Shown here in pieces: positions 48,082 through 56,964 of a stretch of DNA of 64,000 nucleotides. Under the pieces are notes generated by a model. That model did no database searches, had not been told where the DNA came from, and worked only from the letters and a program-made list of their open reading frames with translations. Origin of the DNA: an uncultured virus (IMG/VR IMGVR_UViG_3300020215_000002). Taxonomy: Duplodnaviria; Heunggongvirae; Uroviricota; Caudoviricetes. The stretch lies in the IMG/VR virus record IMGVR_UViG_3300020215_000002; one strand, 5' to 3'. Position 1 is the stretch's first letter, and each line of letters opens with the position of its first letter. Position numbers and translations under genes: made by a program.

Positions 48082-48830
48082 CCACGGCACTTGTCGAACG
48101 ACCGGCAACCATCACCCTGCCCGACCTGTCGGCGATGACCGACGACGAACTCAAAGCAGAGTTCACGGCCGCCCTTCAGGAGACGGCCGACGGACTACTC
48201 CGGCTGGCAGCCGCCACGGCCGAGTTGGAGCGTCGGGGCCACGATCTTTCGCATCTGAAGCTCAACCTGATTGGCTACCTCCGCCTCATCGCGGCCCGGC
48301 AACTCCTGCCGGAAGTGGTTCTGCACATTGGGGACAAGCGACAATTGGTTGCCTGTGTGGCCCGGCTGCCCATCCGGCAGCAGCAGGCGATCTTGGACGC
48401 GGGGAGCGTGACGGTCCTAGTCGATGGCCGGGAGCAAGAGGTTGGGCTGCGAGAGGTCCCGAAACAGTATTACGGGCAGGTGTTCGGCGAGAGCAAGGTC
48501 CGCACGCCGGCCGAGCAGCGGGCGTTCATCCGACAGGAGCGGCAGAAGAAGGCCCCGAAGCAGCCGGAGAAGCGGCGGGTACAGGCGGACCCCGAGCGGA
48601 ACGGGGTGAAGATCGGCAACGGGTTCGCCACGGCTGTTGAGATCTTGTCGGCCCTTGCCGAACTGGCCGGACCGCTGGAGCAGATCGACGTGAGCGACCA
48701 GAACACGGAGACGGCCACCGTCCGCCTGACGAAGAAGGAGAAGGCCAAGTTGAAGGCGGCCGAGAAGCGGCGGGGCTTGCCGGAGTGGCACCTGATCCGC
48801 GAGGCGCTGCGGGCTTACGGGCTGATCTAG
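48078..48830 (+). CDS. Hypothetical protein with C-terminal RHH-like domain
   Basis: ATGA-coupled; ends TVRLTKKEKAKLKAAEKRRGLPEWHLIREAL. Confidence 0.7.
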   Translation: MTTALVERPATITLPDLSAMTDDELKAEFTAALQETADGLLRLAAATAELERRGHDLSHLKLNLIGYLRLIAARQLLPEVVLHIGDKRQLVACVARLPIRQQQAILDAGSVTVLVDGREQEVGLREVPKQYYGQVFGESKVRTPAEQRAFIRQERQKKAPKQPEKRRVQADPERNGVKIGNGFATAVEILSALAELAGPLEQIDVSDQNTETATVRLTKKEKAKLKAAEKRRGLPEWHLIREALRAYGLI

Positions 48831-49816
48831 CCCACCAGCACGTCCCCGCGCCGGTACCGGGTGATGACTTGCTGGACACTGCCCAAGCTTTTTGCTTCGT
48901 CATCCCAGGGGCCTTTGCTGTAGGCGTAATTCAGTCCACTCTCGCTCTGCAAGTCGTGCCCCTGGGCCCGCGCCCCCAACCGCTGCTGCACCACTTGGAA
49001 GACGGCTACCCTCAAATCATCCGGCACCAGGGTGAATCCGCCAAAGTACGTCGCCTTGATCATCCCCCGCCCGGGCTTCTTCAGGTAGCTCAACTGCCCC
49101 GCCGGCCGCACCCGGTACCCCTCCCAGACCCGCCCGATCCGGTGCAGGATGCCGTTGGGGGACTTCCCCGTGTGGTCGATGTCGAGGAAGTAGTCCGTCT
49201 CCGCGGTCAGGGCGGTGGTGGAGGCGAAGCCGCGAGAGAAGTCCACCCGGATGTCCATGCTGGTCGTCGCAACCGGGGTCTCCCGGAGCATCGTCTTCTC
49301 GTGCCACGTCCCCACGGGGTATTCCGTGTATTGATCGAAATTGAACTTCCGCCCGCACCAGTCCCGGATGGAGGTCTCCGCGGCCGAGATGTAGGAGAGG
49401 AGGGCCTTGGCGTCGGCGTCCGAGACGGTTTCGGAGTAACCGGCGAACGCCAGGTAGTCCGAGAGGTTCGTGAGCTGGGGGTAGTCGTCGCCGTCCCCGC
49501 CGGTGATGCGGAACGTGGACGGGTCGATGATCGGGTAGGCAAGGCCGCTGTTGGTGCGCTCCAGCTGCCAGGTGTACCCGCCCGGCGCCAGCGCCAAATC
49601 CGCGGCTGAGAACGAGACGACGACCGTGGACGACCCGGCCCCCGGCGTGTTGGAGATGCCCGAGCCGACGGTTTTGGTTGCCAGGGCTGCCGTGCCGAGG
49701 TTGGCCCGGAGCGTGGCCGTCATCGTCCAGGACGTGGTGTCGGCGGCGACGGTGACGGTCACCGTGAGGTCCTGGTTGGCCTCGGCGACGACGTAGAGGG
49801 GTTGGCAGAAGGCCAT
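48827..49816 (-). CDS. Head-tail adaptor with an N-terminal BppU-like domain
   Basis: LTNLSDYLAFAG..ISAAETSIRDWCGRKF..IKATYFGGF..VPDDLRVAV..SES..Y.Y. Confidence 0.8.
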   Translation of the reverse strand: MAFCQPLYVVAEANQDLTVTVTVAADTTSWTMTATLRANLGTAALATKTVGSGISNTPGAGSSTVVVSFSAADLALAPGGYTWQLERTNSGLAYPIIDPSTFRITGGDGDDYPQLTNLSDYLAFAGYSETVSDADAKALLSYISAAETSIRDWCGRKFNFDQYTEYPVGTWHEKTMLRETPVATTSMDIRVDFSRGFASTTALTAETDYFLDIDHTGKSPNGILHRIGRVWEGYRVRPAGQLSYLKKPGRGMIKATYFGGFTLVPDDLRVAVFQVVQQRLGARAQGHDLQSESGLNYAYSKGPWDDEAKSLGSVQQVITRYRRGDVLVG

Positions 49817-49828
49817 GCGTCGAAGATA

Positions 49829-50089
49829 TCACGCGGCCGGGTCTGGAATCTCGATGGTTGTCTCGAACAGCATCGGGCCGCCGAGACGCATGTGCGGGCC
49901 GAACCTCGCCATCAGATCCCACAACTGCCACTGGCTCCACCCGCCGGCATCCTCGTCCGCCAACGGGTAGCGGCTCAGCCCTTTGATGTTCGGGTACGAC
50001 CGGCACAGGTTGTCGCGGGCGTCAGCCAGAATTTTCCGCCCGGCGTCGGTCAGGCGGACGCGAACCTTGTGGTTGATGTTGAACTTCAT
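49829..50089 (-). CDS. Phage hypothetical protein
   Basis: FNINHKVRVRLTDAG..QLWDLMARFG. Confidence 0.7.
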   Translation of the reverse strand: MKFNINHKVRVRLTDAGRKILADARDNLCRSYPNIKGLSRYPLADEDAGGWSQWQLWDLMARFGPHMRLGGPMLFETTIEIPDPAA

Positions 50090-50096
50090 GCGGCTC

Positions 50097-50285
50097 TCAA
50101 TCCGGGGGGCGGCCCGTGCCGGCCCGGTTCACGCCCTTGTTCGTCGCGCCCGTGGCGTTCCGGCTCGGCGCCCCGGTCCCCGTGGCGTTCCGGCTCGGGG
50201 CCCCCGTCCCGTCGCGGTTGTCCACGTTAATGACGACGGGCGGGCCGCCCCCGGAGTCCCGGCCGCGGAAGAGGAGGAGGAGCAT
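50097..50285 (-). CDS. Small protein with a 10-aa tandem repeat (TGAPSRNATG)
   Basis: 30-bp tandem repeat at ~50150-50210. Confidence 0.55.
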   Translation of the reverse strand: MLLLLFRGRDSGGGPPVVINVDNRDGTGAPSRNATGTGAPSRNATGATNKGVNRAGTGRPPD

Positions 50286-50286
50286 G

Positions 50287-50769
50287 TTACAGGGCCTCCA
50301 CGACCAGCGAACTACGCTCGCTCGCCAGCGCGTCGCGGTACGTCGCCAGGATCTCCCCCGGCTCGGTGATCTTCCGCACGTCCACGGTGGTGAGCATGAG
50401 CCGGAAGGCTTCCGAGTGGTCCTGGGAGTGCTGCGGGCCGGCGTCCAGCGGCACCCTCGCCCCCACCCGCGTCCTGATGATAACCTTCGGCCGGAACTGG
50501 CCGGCGGACATGAGGGCGAGCTTGTCCAGGTGGTTGACGAGTTGGTCGGCGGCCCGGAGGAGGAAGTCGATCCGCGGTATGCAGACCACGGGCAGTTCGA
50601 GGCCGGCCAGCGCCATCCCGATGGCGGCCCCGACGTTCAGGTCCTCGCAGATGGGGAACTCGATTTTCCGCCCGGCCGGCACGTCGGCGTAGTCCGCGAA
50701 CGTGGCAATCCCGTCGTAGGCGATGCCCTGGCCGACGAAGACGGCCCCGGCGTCGGCCAGCAGCTTCAT
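50287..50769 (-). CDS. TPP-dependent dehydrogenase/transketolase E1 beta-like subunit (Pyr domain only)
   Basis: VFVGQ, IEFPICEDLNVGAAIGMALAG, DFLLRAADQLVNHLDK, GPQHSQ. Confidence 0.88.
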   Translation of the reverse strand: MKLLADAGAVFVGQGIAYDGIATFADYADVPAGRKIEFPICEDLNVGAAIGMALAGLELPVVCIPRIDFLLRAADQLVNHLDKLALMSAGQFRPKVIIRTRVGARVPLDAGPQHSQDHSEAFRLMLTTVDVRKITEPGEILATYRDALASERSSLVVEAL

Positions 50770-50777
50770 CGCCGCCC

Positions 50778-51383
50778 TCAGAAGGTCACCCGGCGACCCG
50801 TTCCCGTGTGGGGGCGGGTTCGCCGGTAAGTGTACCGGCGGACTAGCGGGCGCGGACCCGAGTAGCGACCCCATACTTCCTCCGTCGGAACGTTCGTGCT
50901 GAGGCCGTTGTCCTCGACGTACACCCGGACGCGCAGGTCGTGGCCCCGGACGTACTGGGCGAACTCGTGGTACAGCCCGGTCCGTTCGGCCATGTCGCCG
51001 ACGAACACGTTAACCCACTCCGGGCCCCTGCGGCGCTGGATGGCCAGGGCCAGCCCGCACGCGATGGGCAGCACCCCGCCGACGATGGCCGAGGCGACGA
51101 ACCGGTGGGGCCGGGAGGCCAAGAACATGGACCGGCCGTCCGCGATCTGCCGGAACACCTCGTCCTCGGGGACGCCCTTCAGCAGGGCGTGAAAGTGTCC
51201 CCGCCAGTTCGAACACACCCAGTCGTCAGCCTGAATCTCCCGGAAGATGTCCAGGAGCGGCTCGGCCTGGGTGCCGCTGCACAGGTGGATCGGGGCCCGG
51301 ATCTTCCCGGCTTCGAACGCCTCGGCCACCCGCTGTTCGAACAGGATCAGCGACTCGATGGTGTGCCCGTGGTCCACGCTCAC
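50778..51383 (-). CDS. TPP-dependent dehydrogenase E1 alpha-like subunit
   Basis: IRAPIHL, WRGHFHALLKG, SAIVGG, GDMAERTG..EDNGLS TPP motif. Confidence 0.9.
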   Translation of the reverse strand: MSVDHGHTIESLILFEQRVAEAFEAGKIRAPIHLCSGTQAEPLLDIFREIQADDWVCSNWRGHFHALLKGVPEDEVFRQIADGRSMFLASRPHRFVASAIVGGVLPIACGLALAIQRRRGPEWVNVFVGDMAERTGLYHEFAQYVRGHDLRVRVYVEDNGLSTNVPTEEVWGRYSGPRPLVRRYTYRRTRPHTGTGRRVTF

Positions 51384-51804
51384 TCCCCCGCCCACTCGGT
51401 GACCGGCGGCGGGGTCAGCGCCGCCACCGCCGCCTGGTACCCGGCCAGGTAGGCTTCGACCAGGGCCCAGCCGTTCCACGCCGGGGCGTTGTTCAGGGTC
51501 CCGTCGGCCCGTGGCACCATGCCCTCCCGCCAGGCGTAGGCGGCCTTGAGGTCGTGGGTGGCCGGCGGCGGGGTGGTGGGGACGTGGTGGGTCACCTATC
51601 TACCTTTCCGCGAATCCAGCCCTTCCGCCACGTCTCCCCGTCCATCCCGGCATACGGGCACGCCTCAACGGGGATGTTTTGACGGCCGGCCTCGTAGCCT
51701 TCCTGCCACCGCCGGTTGCTGTCGCGTATCCCTAGGACGGTCACGCCGGCGGTAAAGACAATCGAAGTCAAAGCGGCGGCCAAAATCGCGCATATCCGTT
51801 TCAC
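51380..51804 (-). CDS. Two small hypothetical genes (51592-51804, 51380-51595)
   Basis: GTGA-coupled ORFs; the first has an RMF-like GYEAG..CPY..W.KGW motif. Confidence 0.55.
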
Positions 51805-52216
51805 GGCATCCCCCTCACTTGCCGGCCCGCTGCCGCCGCCGGCACCGGGCCACGAACAGGGCCCCCAGCCCGGCCGCGAGCCGCTGGTTCAGCCGCAGGC
51901 GGTCCTTGTCGAACGAGCCCGGCGTGGCCGCCCACTCGTGGGCCGGCTTGCGGGTCGTCAGCCCCTTGTCGGGGGTTAGGGATGGCGGGGCCATGTCACA
52001 ACTCCTTCCCCTGCCCGGCCACGGAAGGCGACCAGGGGCTCGCGGGTCATTGGGCGGCCGAGCACGAGAAGCAACGGCCGGACGGTGCCAGCGCCAGACA
52101 CTTGCATTTTCTGCACTTCAACAGCTTCGCCCGCTGTTCCCGTGATGCGTCAGACAGCGGGTGCCATTTGCCTGTTTCGTCTTGCCACAGGCCACAAAAC
52201 GGTACGTCCGCCTCTT

Positions 52217-52717
52217 TCATGGCAGCAGTTCCTTGACCCGCCCGGCGACCTGCTCCGGCGTCAGGTCGGTCGTGTCGATGACGTGCTCGCCGGGGAACGG
52301 CTGCCCCTGGCGCCCGCCCAGGTACTCGTCCAGGGCCTCCTTGCTCGTCAGCCGGAACGGGGACTCGGCCCACCGCCGGGTCACGCGGGTCACGAGGGTC
52401 TCGTAGTCGGCCGTCAGCCGCACGGGGACGAACGTGTGCCCCTCGCGTCTGGCATCATTCGCCACCCCGTCCATCCCCCACGTCTGCCGGGACGGGCGGA
52501 CGACCATGAAGTCCCGCTTCTGCTGCATCAGGTGGGCGGCCACCGACCGGATGAGCTTGTCCGTCAGGTCGGGCACCCGGTATTCGCCGATGACCCGGTA
52601 GACCGCGTCGAAGTGGTGGACCCACAGACGCGGCCAGCCGAGGTCGCGTTCCAGGAGCCGGGCGCAAGTGTTCTTCCCGGTCCCCGGCTCCCCCCGCATG
52701 TAGAGACAAACCGGCAC
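52217..52717 (-). CDS. P-loop kinase (AAA_33/NMP-kinase-like)
   Basis: RGEPGTGKNT; C-terminal IDTTDLTPEQVA. Confidence 0.8.
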   Translation of the reverse strand: MPVCLYMRGEPGTGKNTCARLLERDLGWPRLWVHHFDAVYRVIGEYRVPDLTDKLIRSVAAHLMQQKRDFMVVRPSRQTWGMDGVANDARREGHTFVPVRLTADYETLVTRVTRRWAESPFRLTSKEALDEYLGGRQGQPFPGEHVIDTTDLTPEQVAGRVKELLP

Positions 52718-52998
52718 TACTTTGGCTCCGGCTCGTAGAGACCTTTCAAACGCCTCCAGTCGTCAAGCAACTCGGTCAGCGACCAACTGCCGCCGGCCCC
52801 CGCGAATGTCGCCGCCAGTACCGGCTGATTGGTCGCCGGGCACATGGCGTAGAGGCCGTATTCGTCCTGCGGGTTTGCGAGCGGCTGGAACGCCGCCTCC
52901 AGGTGTACGCCGCCGCACCGCGGGCAGTCGCGGTCAATGGCCATCGGCCAGCATCTTCCGACCGCCTCGCCGGTCGCCACGTCGATTACGTCGCTCAT
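52717..52998 (-). CDS. Small Zn-binding hypothetical protein
   Basis: CPRCGGVH..MCPATNQP; ATGA-coupled to the OGT gene. Confidence 0.6.
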   Translation of the reverse strand: MSDVIDVATGEAVGRCWPMAIDRDCPRCGGVHLEAAFQPLANPQDEYGLYAMCPATNQPVLAATFAGAGGSWSLTELLDDWRRLKGLYEPEPK

Positions 52999-54716
52999 TT
53001 GGCGCAATACTCCCGCCAGATGGCCCGGTAGGCGCTCTCGACCGCCCCGGCGTACCCGGCGATGACCGGCGAGTTCACGAGTTCCGCCCGCAGCGTCTTC
53101 CGGGCCGCCGCCAGGTCGTGCGGGCGGCCGGCCCACTCGACCGCCTTGGCCACGTACTCCGCGGCGTCCTTCGCGACCCAGTCCGTGCGGCCGAGGACCG
53201 TCAGGACGCTCGCCGCCGTCCGCCCGCTCGGCTGGGTCCCGTACCGGGTCAGGATCGGCACCCCGCAGTAGAGCGTCTCCAAAGTGACAACGCCCGCGCC
53301 GTGCGGCCACGGGTCGAGGATCATGTCCACCTTCTGGTACTCCAGCAGGTGCTCCGGGTGGCTCGTGGAACCCCCGAAGATCACCCGCCCGGCCTCAATG
53401 CCCTCCATCGCGTTCAGCACCCGCCGGATCGAATACGGGCGCTTGAACGAGTGGTCCTTGAGGTAGAGCCGCGAGTTGGGGACTTGTTTCAATATCTCCC
53501 GGAAGGCCGCCAGGCAGTCGTCGGACAACTTCTCGAAGCGGCTGAACGAGCCGAAAGTAACATAGTCGTTGTGCCAGTACGGGAGCGGGCTCGTCTCCCG
53601 GATCTGGTATTCGGTCGGGGGTCGGTAGGTGACGACGCAGGGGAGGTCGTAGATGCGCTCCGAGAAGGCCGGGCGCTCGGCCGCCGGCACGGCGACGGGG
53701 TCCGCAAAGAAGTAGTCGATCTCCGGGAGCCCGGTCCCGTGGGCGAACCCCCAGGCGGTCACCTGCACCGGGGCCGGCTTGTGGCAGAAGACGCCCAGCC
53801 GGCCGCCGTTTGTATGGCCCGCCAAATCCACGAGGATGTCAATCCCGTCCGCCTCGATCATCGACACCACGTCCTCGTCACTCTTCCCGACGACCTCACG
53901 CCAGTTCGCCGCCTTGCGAAAGAACCCGGTGACATCATCCTTCGCCGGGTCCGTCGGGAGGGACGAGTACAGGTAGGCGTCTACCTGGGATTTGTCGTGG
54001 TGGAGGATCACATTGGAGAACATCATCGCCGCGGAGTGGCTCTTAAAATCCCCGCCGACGTAGCCGACGCGCAGCACCTTCTCCGGGTCCTTCGCATTCC
54101 GGTGCGGCCACGCCGGACGCCCGACCCTATGGGCCGCGTACCACCGGTCCCGCTGGGCCCGGAGTTCGCGGGGGCCGACGTCCATCAGGGATGTGACGAA
54201 GCACGCATTCGGGCCGGCCGCCGGGTGCTTCGGCTCGATGGCCAGCATGTCGTTGTAGGCCGGGAGGGAATCGCCGGGCCGCCCGGCTGCCGCTGACACC
54301 ATCGCAAACGCCAACCGGGAGTTGAGGTACCCGGCCGTTTTCAGGGGGTCGGCCGTGGGGTCCGCGGGGGGCTCCGGGGCGAGCGCAACAGCCCGCGCCG
54401 CCGCCGCCAGGGCCTCATCGATCCTGTCCGACTCCAGCCCTAACAATGCCTTGTTCGCCCACAACACCGGCTCCACCCCGTCGAACAGCGTGGCCCGCTC
54501 CATCGCCAGGCAGGCGTCATTGAGCTGGCCCGTGCAGGCGAGGAGGACCGCCAGATTATGCGTGGCGGTGGCGTGGTTGGGATTGAGCCGCAGCGCACTC
54601 CGATAGAACTGTTCGGCCTTGGGGAAGTTCCCGCCGATCTGGGCCTCGGTCCCGAGGCGAATCCACTCGTCCACCTGCTCACTACCCGTGGCGGGCAACA
54701 ACGTGAAGGGCTGCAA
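52995..54716 (-). CDS. SPINDLY/O-GlcNAc-transferase-family (GT41) glycosyltransferase with TPRs
   Basis: TPRs; LRVGYVGGDFKSHS, DGIDILVDLAGHT, KPAPVQVT, TGLPEIDY, TFGSFSRFEK, D..LDPWPH, ETLYCGVP. TTG start inferred; the ORF is open to 54854. Confidence 0.93.
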   Translation of the reverse strand: MQPFTLLPATGSEQVDEWIRLGTEAQIGGNFPKAEQFYRSALRLNPNHATATHNLAVLLACTGQLNDACLAMERATLFDGVEPVLWANKALLGLESDRIDEALAAAARAVALAPEPPADPTADPLKTAGYLNSRLAFAMVSAAAGRPGDSLPAYNDMLAIEPKHPAAGPNACFVTSLMDVGPRELRAQRDRWYAAHRVGRPAWPHRNAKDPEKVLRVGYVGGDFKSHSAAMMFSNVILHHDKSQVDAYLYSSLPTDPAKDDVTGFFRKAANWREVVGKSDEDVVSMIEADGIDILVDLAGHTNGGRLGVFCHKPAPVQVTAWGFAHGTGLPEIDYFFADPVAVPAAERPAFSERIYDLPCVVTYRPPTEYQIRETSPLPYWHNDYVTFGSFSRFEKLSDDCLAAFREILKQVPNSRLYLKDHSFKRPYSIRRVLNAMEGIEAGRVIFGGSTSHPEHLLEYQKVDMILDPWPHGAGVVTLETLYCGVPILTRYGTQPSGRTAASVLTVLGRTDWVAKDAAEYVAKAVEWAGRPHDLAAARKTLRAELVNSPVIAGYAGAVESAYRAIWREYCAK

Positions 54717-54816
54717 CGATGGGTCTCTCGCGGATGGGCGTGGTGGAATTATAACCGGCGGCGCGAGTTGTAGAACGGCAAAAGCGTCCGGACGTTGAAC
54801 GAATGCCGGGCTGTGA

Positions 54817-55698
54817 TCAGGGCGTGAGAAGGCCGACTTGGCTCCACAGCGCAATCACGGCCTGCTCGCCGCCGCCGGCCGGGACGGGCGGGGGGCCGGT
54901 TGGCGGCGGCGGCGGCGGGGCCGACTGGACGTACAGCGGCCCCCGCCGCCGCCGGTGCAGGGGGTGCTCGCCCCGGTACAGGCGGACGGCCTCGGCCTGG
55001 CCGAGGAGTCGCTTGTACATCAGGAAGTCGCCCATCCGCCCGTCGGCGAACAGGCTGGCCCCGTTCCGGCACATGAAGTTCCAGGTGAAACTCCCGAACG
55101 TGCCGGAAGTCGTGGTCGTCGCCACCTGGGTCAGGGTGACCGGCTGGCCGTCGATGTACAGCGCCCGGACCTGCTGGGCCCCGGCCCCGCGGTCCAGCAC
55201 GAACGCCCAGTGGTGCCAGGCCGCGGCCGTCGGGCGGGGGTAGGTGACGGAGTTAAGCGCCGCCCCGCTCGCGTTGATCCCGGCGTACCCGGCCCCGCCC
55301 TGGTCGCTGGCGTCGGCGTTGATAATCAGCCCGTGCTGGTTGCTGTTGAAGTTCGCCGACGACTCCAGAACCAGGTCGTCATTGTTCGAGAACGAGTCCC
55401 AGTACAGCCAGAACGCCAGGGTTAGGACCGTGGTGTCGGTCAGGTCGATGGCCGCGGCCGTCTGCGCGAAGTGGCTCGTCCCGTTGTACTGCGGGGCCGG
55501 GCCGACCGGGTCCGGGTTGACGCTCCAGGTGTTCCCGGTGGAGAGGGTGAGGGGCGGGTGCCGGCGGTGGGCGACGTTCCGGAGGCTGGCCCCCTGGATG
55601 CCGAGTGACGGGCACCAGCCGTGGTCCGGCCACAGGTCCGGGTAGAGGGAGTCGTCCCGGCAGTCGGCGTACCCGCCCTGGAGGGTGGGGCGCGGCAT
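54817..55698 (-). CDS. LamG/concanavalin-like lectin domain virion protein
   Basis: TLAFWL, WHHWAFV, LYIDGQ, FADGRMGDFLMYKRLL...E...LY. Confidence 0.85.
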   Translation of the reverse strand: MPRPTLQGGYADCRDDSLYPDLWPDHGWCPSLGIQGASLRNVAHRRHPPLTLSTGNTWSVNPDPVGPAPQYNGTSHFAQTAAAIDLTDTTVLTLAFWLYWDSFSNNDDLVLESSANFNSNQHGLIINADASDQGGAGYAGINASGAALNSVTYPRPTAAAWHHWAFVLDRGAGAQQVRALYIDGQPVTLTQVATTTTSGTFGSFTWNFMCRNGASLFADGRMGDFLMYKRLLGQAEAVRLYRGEHPLHRRRRGPLYVQSAPPPPPPTGPPPVPAGGGEQAVIALWSQVGLLTP

Positions 55699-55713
55699 GG
55701 GCGGCCCCCTCCG

Positions 55714-56259
55714 TTACGGGTCGATGGCGTACCGGTAGATCGGGTAGACGACGAGGCCGGAGCCGTTGTTGCTCGCCGTCGCCTCGTCCCGCAACGCCTG
55801 GCTCAGGTTGTTGTCGCAGACGGCCACCAGGTACCGGCCGGGCGGCTTGGTCCGGTACGGCTGCTGCATCTGGACGACGTTCCCGTCGTTCGTGGCGATG
55901 AGCGAGAAGGCTTGCCCGAGCTGGACCCGCCACTCGTCCTCGTTCCCGTCCGACGGCCAGGCCCCGTCCGCCCCGGTACACCCGCCGGGGTAGTTGGTCC
56001 CGTCGTGGGACCCGGCCAGGTAGAAGTCAACCGTCCCGCCCGCGGTCGGGGCGGTCCCCGTCTCGGCGAACGGGATGACCAGCAGCTCCTCGGGCAGGTC
56101 GGCCCCCAGGTCGGCCTCGGCGGACATGCGGCCGGACCCGGACGCCAGGGCGTCCAGCGACAGGGTGGCGGTTACGGCCTGCCCGCCGATGGTGCCGGAC
56201 GCCTCCCCGAAGACGATTGGGGTTCCCAGCCGCTCGACGAATCGTGCCTGGTCGGCCAT
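55714..56259 (-). CDS. Putative structural protein
   Basis: TLSLDALASG, TGTAPTAGGTVDFYL; beta-rich. Confidence 0.65.
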   Translation of the reverse strand: MADQARFVERLGTPIVFGEASGTIGGQAVTATLSLDALASGSGRMSAEADLGADLPEELLVIPFAETGTAPTAGGTVDFYLAGSHDGTNYPGGCTGADGAWPSDGNEDEWRVQLGQAFSLIATNDGNVVQMQQPYRTKPPGRYLVAVCDNNLSQALRDEATASNNGSGLVVYPIYRYAIDP

Positions 56260-56279
56260 GCGCTAACCCCGCCCGCCGG

Positions 56280-56867
56280 CTACGGCAGGTTCCGGGCCTC
56301 CGACACGTTGGCGGCGGTGACTTGGCCCTCCAGGACGGCCCCGTTCAGGCCCGTCCCGCAGTTGTCCGGGTTGGTCGAGTTGCCCCGCGGGTCGCCGGTC
56401 GTGTTCCCGACCCCGGCCCCGTCGTCCACGGCGAACAGGTTCTCGCCGACGGTCGCCCTCCGCCGGAGGACGGGCAGAATCCCCGTCCACCCGCCGGACC
56501 GGGAGGCCCCGGCGGCCCCGGTCAGCAGGTTGGTGGTGGCGTCGTTGAGGGCGGCCCGCAGGTTGGTCTTGGTGGCGTCGAACTCGGTCCGGCCGACGAA
56601 CAGGAGGGCCAGGTTCTGCTGCTTGATCTGGACCGTGAACGCCCGGTTGTTGAACGTGTTCGTGTTGTCCGGGGCGTCGTTCGGGGTGTAGTTCGTCCAC
56701 GTCACCTGGTCGAGAATCTCGGCCACCGGCACGTTCCGCCGCCAGACGAAGTAGTCGGGCGAGGCGAAGGCGTTCAGCAGCGCCGCCGCCTCCTCGTCCG
56801 GGACGCCGCTGGCGTTGGCGGTCAGCCACGTCTTGAGCGTGCCGAGTTGGGCTTGGGTCAGTTGCAT
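56280..56867 (-). CDS. Putative structural protein
   Basis: MQLTQAQLGTLK..ASPDYFVWR..RRATVGENLFA..EGQVT. Confidence 0.7.
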   Translation of the reverse strand: MQLTQAQLGTLKTWLTANASGVPDEEAAALLNAFASPDYFVWRRNVPVAEILDQVTWTNYTPNDAPDNTNTFNNRAFTVQIKQQNLALLFVGRTEFDATKTNLRAALNDATTNLLTGAAGASRSGGWTGILPVLRRRATVGENLFAVDDGAGVGNTTGDPRGNSTNPDNCGTGLNGAVLEGQVTAANVSEARNLP

Positions 56868-56964
56868 ACGGACTCCCCTCCCGTGTCAGTCAAGGTGTCC
56901 AGGTGTGCCGCCGAGCGTCGGCGGCCGGCGGGGCGGAGGGAAGGCGACGGCCGCCTCCCCCGCG

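Noticed and set aside
41670..48830. Invertase-driven phase-variable inversion
   Set aside because: No serine invertase or matching inverted repeats at both ends; the right-hand junctions are overlapping stop codons.
50287..51383. Pyruvate dehydrogenase as a central-metabolism auxiliary gene
   Set aside because: Both subunits are shorter than true E1, there is no E2 or E3, and the context is sugar modification.
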